Part shown: piece by piece, positions 48,253-61,329 of the stretch
Position numbering within the stretch: the stretch's first letter is position 1
Layout of the letters: every line of letters starts with the position of its first letter
Source of the DNA: Leptogorgia sarmentosa
Taxonomy: Eukaryota
Direction: 5' to 3'
Assembly: GCA_964658305.1 (NCBI GenBank)
Contig: OZ210885.1
Span: forward strand, 15,748,001-15,812,000
DNA: 64,000 nt
Position numbers and translations under genes: made by a program
The notes under the pieces: model-generated
The model's input: only the letters and a program-made list of their open reading frames with translations
Told to the model about the DNA's origin: nothing
Database searches by the model: none

Positions 48253-51200
48253 CTATCCGATTCCTGAACGGACACTACGAAATAGCCTTACCTTGGAAAA
48301 ACTTTCCCGCTCACCTACCAAACAATCAACCTCTGGTTGAACATTGCCTAAAGCTTTTAAGGAAAAGACTTGTGAAGGATCCTGGTCTATTTTTGAAGTA
48401 TGCCACATTTATGGATAACCTTGTTGACAAGGGGTTTGCTCAATTGGTGCCAATTAATTCACTTGAGCAATCCAGTTTTCAGTCAGAGCAAACCATATAA
48501 AATTAGAGTGGTATTTGATTGTGTTACTGTTTACCATGGTACGTCCCTCAATGAGCAACTATTACAAGGACCCGATTTAACTAATAATCTTGTCGGAGTC
48601 TTGATTCGCTTTTGACAAGAGCCCGTGACTCTTATGGCATTGACACAAGTCAATGTACGTCGTGAAGACTGCAATGCTCTCCGTTTCCTATGGTGGCCAA
48701 AAAATGATCTTGATTACAAACCCAACGAATTTCAGATGCTGGTCCATTTGTTTGGGGCGACATCCTCTCCGAGCTGTGCTAACTTTGCATTGCTTAAGAC
48801 CGCAGACGACAATTCCAAACAGTTCGAGGAGGAAGTAACGCAAACAGTTAGACACAATTTTTATGGATGACTGTCTGAAGTCTGTGGAAGACGACAGTCA
48901 AGCAACAGCTCTGGCTAGTGATCTTCACGAACTCCTTGCCAAAGGTGGATTCCGCTTGACTAAGTGGGTGTCTAATTCATTAAAGGTTGTTGCGTCATTA
49001 CCCGAGTTGGAAAGAGCAGCTTCAGTTAAAGATCTCTGTTTTGACAAGCCATCCATTGAAAGAGCCCTTGGGGTCCTCTGAGCCATCGGCCGCAACAAAT
49101 TTGGATTCAGCATCAAGGTTAAAGATAACCCTCTAACCAGAAGAGGAATCCTTTCAATTGTTAATTTGGTGTATGATCCTCTCGGGTTTGTATGTCCATT
49201 CGTGTTACCGACGAAGATTATTATGCAGGATCTTTGTCAAAAGATTCTCAAATGTGACGACCCTATCCAACATGAGCACCTCCATCGTTGGAAGAACTGG
49301 CAAGAAGAAGTTACCAAAATGGAACAACTTTGTATATCCCCATGTTTCAAGCCCCCTTGGCCGCATTCTGGAAGTAAACCCAAACACTAAAGATGGTTTT
49401 GTTAGGAAGGTAACCCTGAAAGCGAGGTCTACAATATTGGGGCGTCCAGTTGATAAAATCGTGTTTTTGGAAACTATCACACTCTACAACGATGAATAGT
49501 TTAATAACTATTTGTGTTATCTTTAGTGTGGACTTGATTGTCTAGACTAGTTTAGTTATAAATGTCATACTAGAAATACATATATGCAGCAACCCCTTGC
49601 CTTACTAACCAATTAATGCAACTATATTTTTGGAACATGAAGTACTTCAAAGCCTTCCTGACGTTGTTGTCATGGCAACACGATAGGAAATTCATATTTC
49701 TGTATATTTTTGAAAACAGTCAAAATATCAGCTTTTAACTTGGTTTTATTGGCATTTTTTTAATTTGGAAAACCATTTGTTATCCGTACGTTATTATGAC
49801 TAATATAAACTTGAATTTGGTGCGAAATACTACATTAATTTGCATAAAACGTTTTAAATATAAAATATTCAGTCGTTGATATGAAACAATTTCCATCCAA
49901 TGTTCGCTCGTGTTCTTTTGGGGTAAATTTTGTAAATATTTTGTGAAGTCTTGCCTTTAAAACGATAGACTTATACTCTGGAATTGAGCCGTGTATAGAT
50001 TAAATGTGGCTATGGCGACCTTTCATACAAATAGTGTAGACTGTAGATTGTAAATACACATTTGAAACAAACGTTCACTGCCGGCAACATATTGACGAAC
50101 TTATCTTGTGTTTCAATCCGTAGTCGTTTGTTCCCGTTTCTCATCGTTTTATATCTTCTGAGAAGGCTTTAGCATAAATCTTGTCTTCATTTTCGCCTTT
50201 CCAAAAGCTTTAAACCTTTAAAAAGCTTCGGCTTGTCACGATAGTCCAGCATAATTTTGAGATCAGTGATGACCACCCTTACAAAAATTGTCTTACACAG
50301 TAATCCAAAATGGCCGCCAAATTGAGCAACTTTGGACTCTGCTATGCTGCCCATTACCCGGGTGCAAATAACAGAGGGAATAGCTGTAAGTTATCCATTT
50401 ATTGTTAGTCACTTATATTATGGGATTAGTTTATAGTGTAGTGTCTTAGATTGTATGTTTTGTTTAAATTTGTTTAGTAGAACCATATTAAATGATTGAT
50501 TTATCTATATGAGTTTGAAGTTGACCTCAACGGAAAGCTGTAGAACAAGATGACGATTTGTACCTACAGAAGATGTATCACCAGACAGAGAAGGGTTATA
50601 CTGACCATCTGTATTTGCTTCCATATGCTCAAGTGTGCGAAATACCGGGACAAAAAGCTCTTGGCATGTGCCCAAACCTTCAATGCGGTCAACCCATCTA
50701 GTTCGGCAAACATCCACCAATTTGGACTTTCTCGTCTCAGGGCTGAACTCAGGAACTTTTTCGTCAAAACGAATGTTGCATGTCTGATAAACATTCATAA
50801 AATTAGGAACATCTTTAACCTGCTTTAACATTTTATTCAACTCTCAATAGACAAAGAATCACAAATAGTCAAATTAAGCCTATGGCTATAACAATGGGTA
50901 TAAAGAGCTTTTTTATTTAATAAAATTTCAGCAGACAAACCATCAATGTGACCTGCAACAGCACCTGCCCCATCATATGCCTGCCCCCTACAATCTTCAA
51001 TAGATAAGGTTAAATAATTTACAGCTTCTAGTAGTCGTTAAGAAAGTTGGGCACCACTTAACCCCCATTTACAATCTAACTAGAAATACATATATGCAGT
51101 AACCCCTCGCCTTACTAACCAATTAATGCAACTATAATTTTGGAACATGAAGTACTTCAAAGGCTGCCTGAGGTTGTTGTCATGGCACCACGATCGGAAA

Positions 51201-54200
51201 TTCATATTTCTGTATTTTTTTGAAAAAAGTCAAAATATCAGCTTTTATCTTTGTTTTATTGGCATTTTTTTTATTTGGAGAACCATTTGTTATCCGTACG
51301 TTATTAAGACTAACAAACTTGAATTTGGTGCGAAATACTACATTTATTTGTATAAAACGTTTTAAAGTGTTACTGCAACGAATTTTTCGACCTCGTTTTT
51401 TTTGCCTTAAATAAATATTCAGGTCGAAAGATGAAATTTGGTGTATAGATGACTTTTGTACGTTCAGTGGAAGTAACTAAATTTCGCCTCCAAACGTCGA
51501 TACCGGATGCGACAAAAACAGCCGCCATTTTGTCACCTTGTGACGTCACAAGTGTAACATGTTTAGCGAAGCTACTAGTAAATTGTATTGCGTTAGAGCT
51601 ATACTCTGTGTTTCTCGCCCTTTTTTGGCCGGAAAAAATATCTTTTGAAACAAAACTTGACCATAGGCATTTTAAGGCAATATATTTTGCTCATGTCGAG
51701 TAACGAGTCTGGCGGAGATCCGCAATCGTGTGAAAGTTCAAGTGAAACTGCATGACCCGGTGTCGGATGGCTGGTTAGTTCATGTCACATCGCACTGCTT
51801 TGCGTACGACGATGAACCTATAGCAGAACCTGGGGAAACGAATTGTGTTCCAGAAGATCCAGATGGATTGTTGCCAGCAACTATTGAACAAAGAAGCGAC
51901 GGTAGAATAACTCTGGAACAGTGATAAGTGAAGGTTCAAGACTGTTTAGACTTTAGCCTAATTAAAATAGCCGACGTAGGCTAAATTTGAAATAATTTGT
52001 ATATTTTATTGCTTTTATTTAATATTCATCTGTAATGATATATTGTTAATTTTGGTATCAATATATTGATATCAGTATAATTATTGATTCCACATTGCTG
52101 TCTCAATATCTCAGAACAAGTGTGTATGTAAAAGAGCGCAATTTTATAGGCCCTTTCTTTTGGGCTTCCTTGCCTTCTATTTATTAAATTTGTAAATACT
52201 TAAGCTGTGGCAGAATAAATTGATTTGATAAGGAAACTAGTCACAATTCATAGCAAGTTAATATTTAGCGATTTTGCTAACTCTAGATTCATATCATAGC
52301 ACGAATCTTCGAAGTGAAGGCACGAGGTCGCCGTAGTGTCAAAACCTGGGTTATGTTTACAGACAAATTTCACGCACTTATTCCGTCTCTGAGCATCTGT
52401 TTCTTCGTTAGGGAATAGATGCATAGATACTCCTTCAGTTTTGCTATCATTGACGCAGCTAACTAAGTTAGGACCGCCAGCAACGCAGAGTTTTCCTCCA
52501 CGAGTAGCTTTACGTCTATTAGAAATATACGCCATGTTGACAATGTGTTACACTTGTGACGTCACACAGCATTAATATGGTGGTCGAAAATGTCGCACGG
52601 AAGTAGCCAAAAATCGCAACTTTGAAAGGCCATAAAATCCGTTTGAAAAGAGCAATTTTAATTTTGTTTGCGGTAAACATATTCGGAGAGTAAGTATTTT
52701 AAAATAAGCCAATAAAATCTCAGCGTTTTATATCTTCTGAGAAGGCTTTTTCAAGTCCTGCAGCATAGATCTTGTCTTTATTTTCGCCTTTCCAAAAGCT
52801 TTAACCCTTTAAAAAGCTTCGGCTCGTCATGATGGTCCAGCATAATTTTGAGATCAGTGATGACCACCCTTACAAAAAGTCTCTTACACAGTAACCCAAA
52901 ATGGCCACCAAATCAAGCAACTTTGGACTCCGCTATGGGGAATTATTACCCTTGCCCCGGGCTAACGTCATCATTAGCATCAACAAAATGCAAAACTAGT
53001 GACATTTGCTCTTTATGAGAAACATCTTTGGCTTCATCAGCAATTATTGTGAAAAACTTACTTTCTTTGATATCTTGGATTATCTTATCTCTGATTACCT
53101 TACCACAACAAACCACTGTGAAGCTGTCACAACATTCATCACGACATTCAACGCTTACTATTCACCATCATTTAAAAGTTTTAACAGTTAAAGTATACTA
53201 TTCCTTGAGCAGATTTAACAAATTCTTCATGTTCTAACCTGCCCTAAATTCCCAAAATAGTTTTGAGAAGGTTTAGGTAATAATGGCTACGAAACCTTTC
53301 GGATTCAAAGTCTCTTCCTGTTTGATATATACAATTAGTCGTTTACACCTTACTAATACTGAAATTTATACTTTTAATCACTGTATATATACATATATAT
53401 ATAAGAGAATGTGCACAAAGATGAGCAGAAGCTATATCATATAGAGAGCCTTAATAGTTGGAGTTGTCAAAAGGAGGGGATGGCTGGCCTGTGGCTCACT
53501 ACGTATAACATCTAATAATAGATCTCCAACATCTAATAATAGATCTCCATATATTATAATTACATTCAAACAGAAACTAATTCTTTATACTGAAAAACTT
53601 TAATAAGTTACAAAAGTCCCTGTTTCAACCTGAGAAACAAATTAATGAAACTCATTTATCTTAATTTGAATTTTTCGAATACTAGACATACAATTTTCAC
53701 TTGAAACTATACTTAAAAACATTTCATTGACAATCCCAAACAACGTATTGCTTGCCTTTAATATTTTTATACACTGCCGTGTTTTTGCCATTTTAAAGCA
53801 AAGGTGTGATATGAAAATTAGTCTTCAACTCAAACGGAAATGCATGTGAACTTCAAGTCCTTTTTTTTCATTACCTATTCTATAGAAATTTTTTATTTTC
53901 ACATATGTTATTCAAAAAACACTGATATATCATACAATGTATAGCTTTCCCTGGGGACCGAATGATATCAATGCGTTTTTTTAATTTGAACATTGATGTA
54001 ATATGATGCGCTTCTGAGGAATGTGCATGTTAAATTTCAAGTTTTTTCTCGCTTCATTCTAGCCATAGATTTTTCATTTTGCAATATATATTATACATAT
54101 TTCAACGATAATTCCGACAATGTATTGCTTGCCTTTAATATTTTTATACGCTGCTGTGTTTTTGCCATTTTAAAGCAAAGGTGTGATATGAGAATTAGTC

Positions 54201-56839
54201 TGCAACTCAAATGGAAATGCATGTGAACTTCAAGTCCTTTTATCGTTACCTATTCTATAGAAATTTTTTATTTTCACATATGTTATTCAGAAACCACCGA
54301 TATATCATACAATGTATAGCTTGGCCTGGGGACCGAATGATATCAATGCATTTTTTACTTTGAACATTGATGTAATATGATGCGTTTCGGAGGAATGTGC
54401 ATTAAAGTCACTTTGTTATTACCTTCTAAATACACACTTTTCATTTTACAATATATTATAATTCTCTACTTGATATTTCAAGTAATGTGTAACATGCCTA
54501 TAATATGTATTCTGAGATACAACTGTATTTTTCTTTTTCAATGTGAAAATAAGTTGAGAATTAGTTTCAGGACGAACGAAAACGCATGCTGAGTTTTAAC
54601 ATATTTTTTATGATTACCAGATCTGTAGAAGTTTTTTATTTTTGTATATATTAGTTTGAAAATGACATATAGCACATGCACAATACATGGCTAGCCTTCG
54701 GGACAGAAAGATATAAATGTGTTTTTTTCACTTTGAAAATGAATTAAGAAAATGTTAATCAAATCGAATCGTTTTATAGCTATATTATATAAGTATCTAT
54801 ATTTACACTAGACAGTCTATACATATTACGTGGATTCAATGAGATATGATATTGATTAGTGTGATAGTTATTTTTTCTTGCAGTCAGCAGTCATGGCTTT
54901 TTTGGTCATTATCAGATAAAGCTACATGAAATTATTCAATGAAATTTTTGTTAGCTTTTTGACCACAATTTTGGTTAATTCGATCGTTGATAGGGCGCAT
55001 ATAATTTATTACTTAATTAATCATGGAAAGTTACTTAAATAATCTTACTTCAATAATGGTGGTATGGGGGGCGGGCGTGGGGTGGGGGGGCATAAATCAC
55101 ATTTCACAGAGAAAAAAGCCATTTTACGATACATGTGCATTAATATTCATGCTGTAATAATTTGAATAACATATATGAAAATAAAAAATTTCTATAGACT
55201 AAAAAAGGACTTGAAGTTCACATGCATTTCCGTTTGAGTTGAAGATTAATTCTCATATCAAACCTTTGCTTTAAAATGGCAAAAACACGGCAGTGTATAA
55301 AAATATTAAGGACAAGCAATACATTGTTGGAATATTCAGTATTAGACACTTACTAAATGTCAGGCCTGTAGCATAAAAGGTGTAAACGACTAATTGTATA
55401 TTTCAAACAAGAAGAGACTTTGAATCTAAAAGGTTTCGTAGTCATTATTACCTAAACCTTCTCGAAACTATTTTGGGAATTTAGGGCAGGTTAGAACATG
55501 AAGAATTTGTTAAATCTGCTCAAGGAATAGTATACTTTAACTGTTAAAACTTTTAAATTATGGTAAATAGTAAGCGCACAACATGTGGTCTTTATCAGCA
55601 GATCTAATCTGCTTAAGAATGTGCGATGAATGTTGTGACAAATGTCGTGATGAATGTTGTGACAGCTTCACAGTGGTCCACAACAACTAACTATCTTGTT
55701 CTGACTGGTCTTTGAGATATAACTTTTATTTTTACCACAGTTCTTCAAATTATCTTCTAAAATCTTATCCCCAGCACGAACTCTAAAATTCAGAGATTCA
55801 ATAAAATTACTGACACCTCAAGTAGATAGCTCCCTACCTCTGGGTGATACTCAGAATCATCACAATGTCCATGGAGAGGTAAACCAAGACCACCACCCCC
55901 CCCCCCCCCCCCCCCAAAAAAAACTGTCAGCAATTGAAGCCAACTTCTTTCTGTTTTCCTTAACTTCCTTTTTTATAGTCTTTTTATAACTTCAATGGGT
56001 TGTGCCACTCCTGAGATTTGGGAAAGCAATGCAGTTAAAATTGGAAAAGTACAGGCATGCAAGCCCATTTCCCCCCTGTCCCATGCCCTGTATGACGATT
56101 AAAAATACCAATTGCATCATTCCAACAGAAAAGGGGTTGAGAAAACAACCTATGAATCTTTCTAGCTTTGCCAGAAAAACGATCTCCAAACAAAACACAA
56201 GACAAACAGGTATATGCCATCATCAGATGGTGAATAACAAAGCCAGGGGTATATGTCAAGCCACTCATACCTAAAATATCTTCCATTAACCTTCGGAAAA
56301 CAACTTTTGTCTGGTCTATAAACAATTTTTATTAAATTACAAATTTCAGAGTTATTCATACCTTTTACTCTTTTTCTGTATAAGGAAACATCAAAGTTAT
56401 TGACTATAGTATTAGATTTAACCTCTTCTGCAGCTGACTCCTTGGAAGTACTGGGCTGCTGATCTAGATTTAATTGAGCAGTTGCTAGTGCTGCTGGAGA
56501 AGAATATGTTTCATTAGGTGCCTTTGACATAGAAGTAACAACAGCCTTTTCTTCTACATTTAAAAAATGGGCAATATTTGCTGAAGATTTTTGTTTTTTG
56601 CCCACCACACTACACTTGCCTTCGACTCATGTGGTAACTTACGCTTCTGCTGCTGAGGATGAAAAAGAAGAGGAACAAAATGATTGGGCTGAAAGACCTG
56701 GTTTAATATTACCTTCAAAACAAAATAAAATGTAAAGATCATGAAGATCTTTCTCAGCTGGCAAACAGGGATTTACCTGATGGTTAAAAAATAATCTATA
56801 CCTTTCCTGACCACAATCAGGATAATATGTTATAATATT

Positions 56840-59439
56840 TAAGGCTGTCCACAAGATGCTCCAAATTTTTTAAAAAGTTGCTGAAAATTTCCCAGAAAGT
56901 TGCCCAAAAGTTGCTAAAAAAATCTAAGAGTTGCTCAAAAGTTGCTCCATATTTTATTGTTGGTTTTCAAATATTACCACACGACTTTGCCTAAATACAT
57001 AACAACAATTTCCAATTGGTCACTGTTTATGATGCTTAAGCTTTCAACTTGCTAAAACAAGTAACACAACAATTAGTCACAACAAAAATATACTGTTTGC
57101 TCTGTTCTTCTCGCGAGCATGTATTAGTCATCTCGCTTGTTATATCTTAGCATGACTGAGACCTCAACAGTTTCTTCCAGCGCAGCATCTTGCTGTTTGT
57201 TGAATGAATTCTGAAGCAAACTGAACACCCGCTCAGCTGAAGCAGAACTAGGTTGGACTAATAAGATCTTCTTAACTGCTGTTGACCAGCTAGGAAGAGC
57301 CTTCTCGTGAATGGACCACCACTTCACTTTCCCTTCCTCCGTTTCAATCTCTACACCTTCTGCAATGGCCAGATACTTTGGAAGTTCGTCGACAAGCTGG
57401 GCAATTGCAGCATCAGTAAAAAATCCAAATTGCTTTAGTTCCTGAACCGAAGCTACATCTGGGTGCAGTTCTTGCACTTACATTGGACAGCATAATCGAG
57501 CAGCTTTGAATGCACGGACTGTGGCATGAAATTCCCTGCTGAACTTTTGCTGGTAGAATCTAAATCCTGGGGTAATGCAAGCCTTTGCTTGTGCAATTAG
57601 TTGATTGTATAATGGCACATTTCCAGCAGCATACTGTCGAGCTTTTGCTTCAGTGTTTGGATAAGAATCGATGGCTATTGCATGAGCCAAAGCTGCCAAA
57701 TGCTCATAGCAACTAAACACTAAAGGCCCATCCCCTTCAAGGTAGTATGTCGCTGAAACAAAGTGCTTCCCAGCATCAATAATTGCTGCAAGTTCAAGTT
57801 CTAAGTCACGAACACTGACTGGGTCATCAAACAATTCTAATAGCCTCGTTCGACATGCTGGAGAAACATCATTTTCTCTTAGAAAAGGCTCCACATCTCC
57901 AAAATACTCCACTACCTGATTGAGTACTTCCTAAAGACTCCACCATTGAATATTCGACTTACGGAGCATTGCTGTGCCTGTTCTAGTCTTCCATAGTAAC
58001 CTGGCAGCTGGACTAAGAGAAAACATTGTGTTCCAGTACCTTGAAAATGTCTCTAGAACTGTAAATTGAAAGTGTTCACCAACGTTATCAATTGTGTGAG
58101 AGAAGCATGTCACATCAAAAATGTTGGGGAAGTAAAAATTAACTTGACGCAACCCGGCCCCGTTAACCGCTGTACCATCTCTCATTGCTGCCAGAAGTTG
58201 ATTCGGTTTAATTGCATACTCAACAGCCAGACATTGGATTAAGCGCTGTGCAAGTTGTTCTGCATTAAGGCTCTTTGATAGAACTTCTAATGTAACAAGT
58301 CTTTGCTCGATTTTCCATTGGTCAATAAAACGCACGACAATAGCCAACGCTTCCCCTAGCCTAGTGCTGCCATCAAAAATTACAGAAAAATTATCATTTG
58401 CAGCAATTTCAGCTTTAACAGTGTCTTTCTCTTTCTTAAGAATCAAAGGAATAAATTCAGCCAAATGTGAGCGGGATGTCAATCGATGCCCATGTTTTTC
58501 GAGAAATGGTCTCATCACGTCAGCTTTTGAAAGTGGAATTCCCGCCTTTTGAAGAGTTTCCACAAGCTCATATCGATAGAGTCTCATATCTTCGGGTAAT
58601 GTAGATCCTTTTGCTCTACTGTTTCTTGCCATGAGATCAACGATGCTCAGATCTTTCATTTTGCTTTTCCTCATGATATCCTTTGATTTGATATGCTTTT
58701 GCGATTTAATATGCTTCTGCACAGAGCTCTTCTTTTTAGAAATCGTTTCTTTGCATGCATCACATCTCAGCTTACCCGATTCCACAGTGAGATAGTCGTC
58801 TTTAAACTCCTTCAGTCGCTCCCAAGCAGACACATTTGGACCGACAGTGCCACGGACATTTTTCTTTCCAGTGGGGTTGGTTTGTACTTTTCTTTTACGG
58901 GAAATGTCAGCCTTATCTGGTGTACTCAGTCTGGCACCCGCTGCAGCTGTTGTCTCTAAAGGATTTTCTTCGGTTGACTGATTTTCTTCTGGATTTTCTT
59001 CAGAGTCACTGCTCGAGCTTGGTAAAGTGTCATTGTCCGCCATTGTATTATTTGGTAAGTACTTCGTCTTGCAAGGTTGAATTGGATCCAGGGTAAGATA
59101 GGGAAATAAGGGTTGGTTAGGGTTAGGTTGTGTTATGGTTGGATCCACTATATGCTTGCAAGATGAAGTACAACATGCCTACCATTATTTTTTTGGATTT
59201 TGATCGTGGCAGTTTAAACTTTAAAATATTTATTATGCAAAAATACCAAAAGGGGAAAAGAAAATTGAACCTGTAAACAGTAAACTTGTGTTTTCAGCTG
59301 GTTTTTTTCATTATGTACTAGATTATTGCCTCAAAATAAAAGAAGTTGCTCGAAAGAAAAAAGTTGCCTGAAATTTGAAAAGTTGCCTGAAATCGTAGAA
59401 GTTGCTCCAAAGTTGCTGAGCATCTTGTGGACAGCCTTA
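56840..59439 (-). mobile_element. Full-length hAT transposon (2600 bp), CGGBP1-like
   Basis: Perfect 22-bp TIRs TAAGGCTGTCCACAAGATGCTC and GAGCATCTTGTGGACAGCCTTA. 8-bp TSD ATAATATT at 56832-56839 and 59440-59447. AAGTTGC arrays at both ends. Confidence 0.96.
57124..59043 (-). pseudogene. hAT transposase with CGGBP1-like zinc finger; two in-frame stops (57931, 57478)
   Basis: LRCDAC...HIKSQKH, AGIPL, IFDGST, RDGTAVN, CFSH, QWWS and QPSSASAERVFS. Three collinear same-frame ORFs. Confidence 0.92.
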
Positions 59440-59447
59440 ATAATATT

Positions 59448-59775
59448 CCTGTGCCAAATAGAAGAAAGACCTAAAATGCAAAGAAATGATGCCCATTTGG
59501 CATCATTACAAGTCAAAAAAGCTCTACCAAATTTTCCTTCAATAACCCTGTATCTAAATCTTGAGAAACAGATGATAGTAAAAGATCACTGCCTGTTTTC
59601 CAAATGATTCAGGATGCTCCTTCATAACAGATGAAAAGCATGGATGTTGAGAAAAAAATGGGGATTCATGAAAAGTTCCAGAGATGTTAAAATTCTTAAA
59701 TAGTGCATCAAGCTATTGTCACCTACCAATGCCAATGAGGCAGAACTGTACAGACAATTGCCTGAAGCTTCAGAA
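59448..59775 (-). pseudogene. OTU/vertnin-like cysteine protease domain, N-terminal half (continues at 56831 downward)
   Basis: After acceptor CCTTAG the hand translation is SEASGNCLYSSASLALVGDNSLMHYLRILTSLELF, then after frameshifts KWASFLCILGLSS. It joins through the hAT TSD (NII) to TYYPDCG...NHFVPL. Confidence 0.7.
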
Positions 59776-59839
59776 CTAAGGATATATATAAAAAAAACAC
59801 ATTAATTAATTAGTGTTTTTTGTTGTATTCGGCAATCTT

Positions 59840-59878
59840 TTTACCTGAAGATGGAGTAACACTCCGAAACGTTGTAAA
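59840..59878 (+). ncRNA. Minimal type I hammerhead ribozyme motif (Penelope-like element pLTR remnant)
   Basis: TTTAC-CTGAAGA-T-GGAGT-AAC-ACTCC-GAAA-CG-TT-GTAAA: stem I TTTAC/GTAAA, core CUGANGA/GAAA, stem II GGAGT/ACTCC, palindromic AACGTT helix III. AATAAA follows. Confidence 0.65.
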
Positions 59879-60577
59879 CAATAAAATTGTTAAATTATTA
59901 AGCATTTGTGGTTGTTGTTAATTCGAAGAAATTATAGAAAATGAGATTTAAATGAGACAGTTCGATACTAAAACTATTAAAAAAACATTAATATGTGATG
60001 TTTTAAGGGCACTGCACCCAAATAATATACAAATAATGAATGTTTATGAGTGCAATGGTAAAAATATTTTCATGAGGTGAAAGATGGAATGTTCTATTGA
60101 CCTGAATACCACACGCAATGACCGTCAAGAAGGGTCAGAAAAACGTAGCCAATAAGGTTTAAGAATTCATTTGAACTAACCAATCAAAAGGCTAGTGCAA
60201 AGCCTAAATTCCCCCAAACAGGTCCTAAATTGATAAATAAGGGTCAAAATCGCACCCAGCCAATCAAATGCCCGCATTTCATCAGCTGATGGGTCAAAAT
60301 TCACGCATAATACCACAGTGATATTATTCACCTATGCCCAGTGAATATCATCATGATGACATTGTCTTGGTTTATATTCACTTATATTCACTTTGTCTTC
60401 AGGGAATAATTGTTAATTTTAGTTAACTGTTGAAACAGTTAACAGCGGAGAACAGAGGGGGCTGTTCACCTAGTGCCATGTAGTTTTGCATAGAGTGTAA
60501 CACCAAATGTCACAGAGTGGGGCAGTATAAAAATGGGCAAAAAAAGTGTCACCCATTTTATTAACATTACCAGTCCC

Positions 60578-60852
60578 TAGGGGTGCACCGGATAGTAAAC
60601 ACAAAAGCCTCATGGCAATGTCGTATAAACATCGGAAAGTGTCAAGAGTATTTCGGGAATTTATGTAAATATTTTAGGCCGAATCAGTATTCAGTGGGCC
60701 GAATATAAATAAGGTGGCACCACAGTTGCACGCCATGTGCAAAAACTGCAAATTGACTATTGAGTATTGATTGTAAGTATGTTTGATTGAGTGTGAATTT
60801 TTCTATTATCCAGCTGGATATCCGGCCGGATAATATATCCGGTGCAACCCTA
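60578..60852. mobile_element. hAT MITE
   Basis: TIRs TAGGGGTGCACCGGATA and TATCCGGTGCAACCCTA. TSD CCAGTCCC (60570-60577) vs CCAGTCTC (60853-60860). Confidence 0.85.
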
Positions 60853-60943
60853 CCAGTCTCAACTCTGAGTGTTACATGTACATGATTTTCCATCAATCAT
60901 TATTAAATTTTAATAAAAAGATTAATGGTTACATTATACTTAC

Positions 60944-61215
60944 ATCACGGAATTTAACAGCTGCATGCCAATCACCTAATTGAAAATGCATACCTTCAAG
61001 TATTGCTTCTGCAGAATAACCATTTGAAACTGAAGAAATTATGAAATCATGTTTACTGCTCTCTCAACAGTGAGCTGGTCTCCAGCAAATAACCCCCCAT
61101 CAAACTTATCCTCCCCATTATCTGGAAGATATTTATGAAATTGTTGCAAGTTGACAACATGTCTTCATTGACGTTTTCATTTTTAAATATGATTCCCAGA
61201 GGGGAGTCTACAAGG
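60944..61215 (-). pseudogene. Exon of a second, different Academ transposase
   Basis: Hand translation across frameshifts: PLGIIFKNENVNEDML...HKYLP...AGDQLTVERA...LEGMHFQLGDWHAAVK, ending at a GTAAGT donor. Confidence 0.75.
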
Positions 61216-61329
61216 AGATATAAAAATTACAAAATTTTAGCAGATGAAACAACTCACACTACTTATTAACCACCCCATCTTTTAGTCCATACTCAGAATG
61301 CAAAATAATCATGGGCTACATGATGAAAA

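Larger units (their letters stand above)
38263..58240 (+). repeat. Tandem direct duplication of about 9.99 kb (38263-48252 and 48250-58240)
   Basis: Identical ORF sets offset by 9987/9988 bp. Junction microhomology ATT at 48250-48252. Differences noticed: T42892 vs G52879, and A7 vs A8 after the poly-C run. Confidence 0.97.

Noticed and set aside
48078..48500. Novel 140-aa chimeric gene at the duplication junction
   Set aside because: Antisense hAT sequence fused by chance to a decayed BEL RT fragment; no evidence of a promoter or function.
59105..59135. Interstitial telomere
   Set aside because: Only about two GGTTAG units, embedded within a hAT element.
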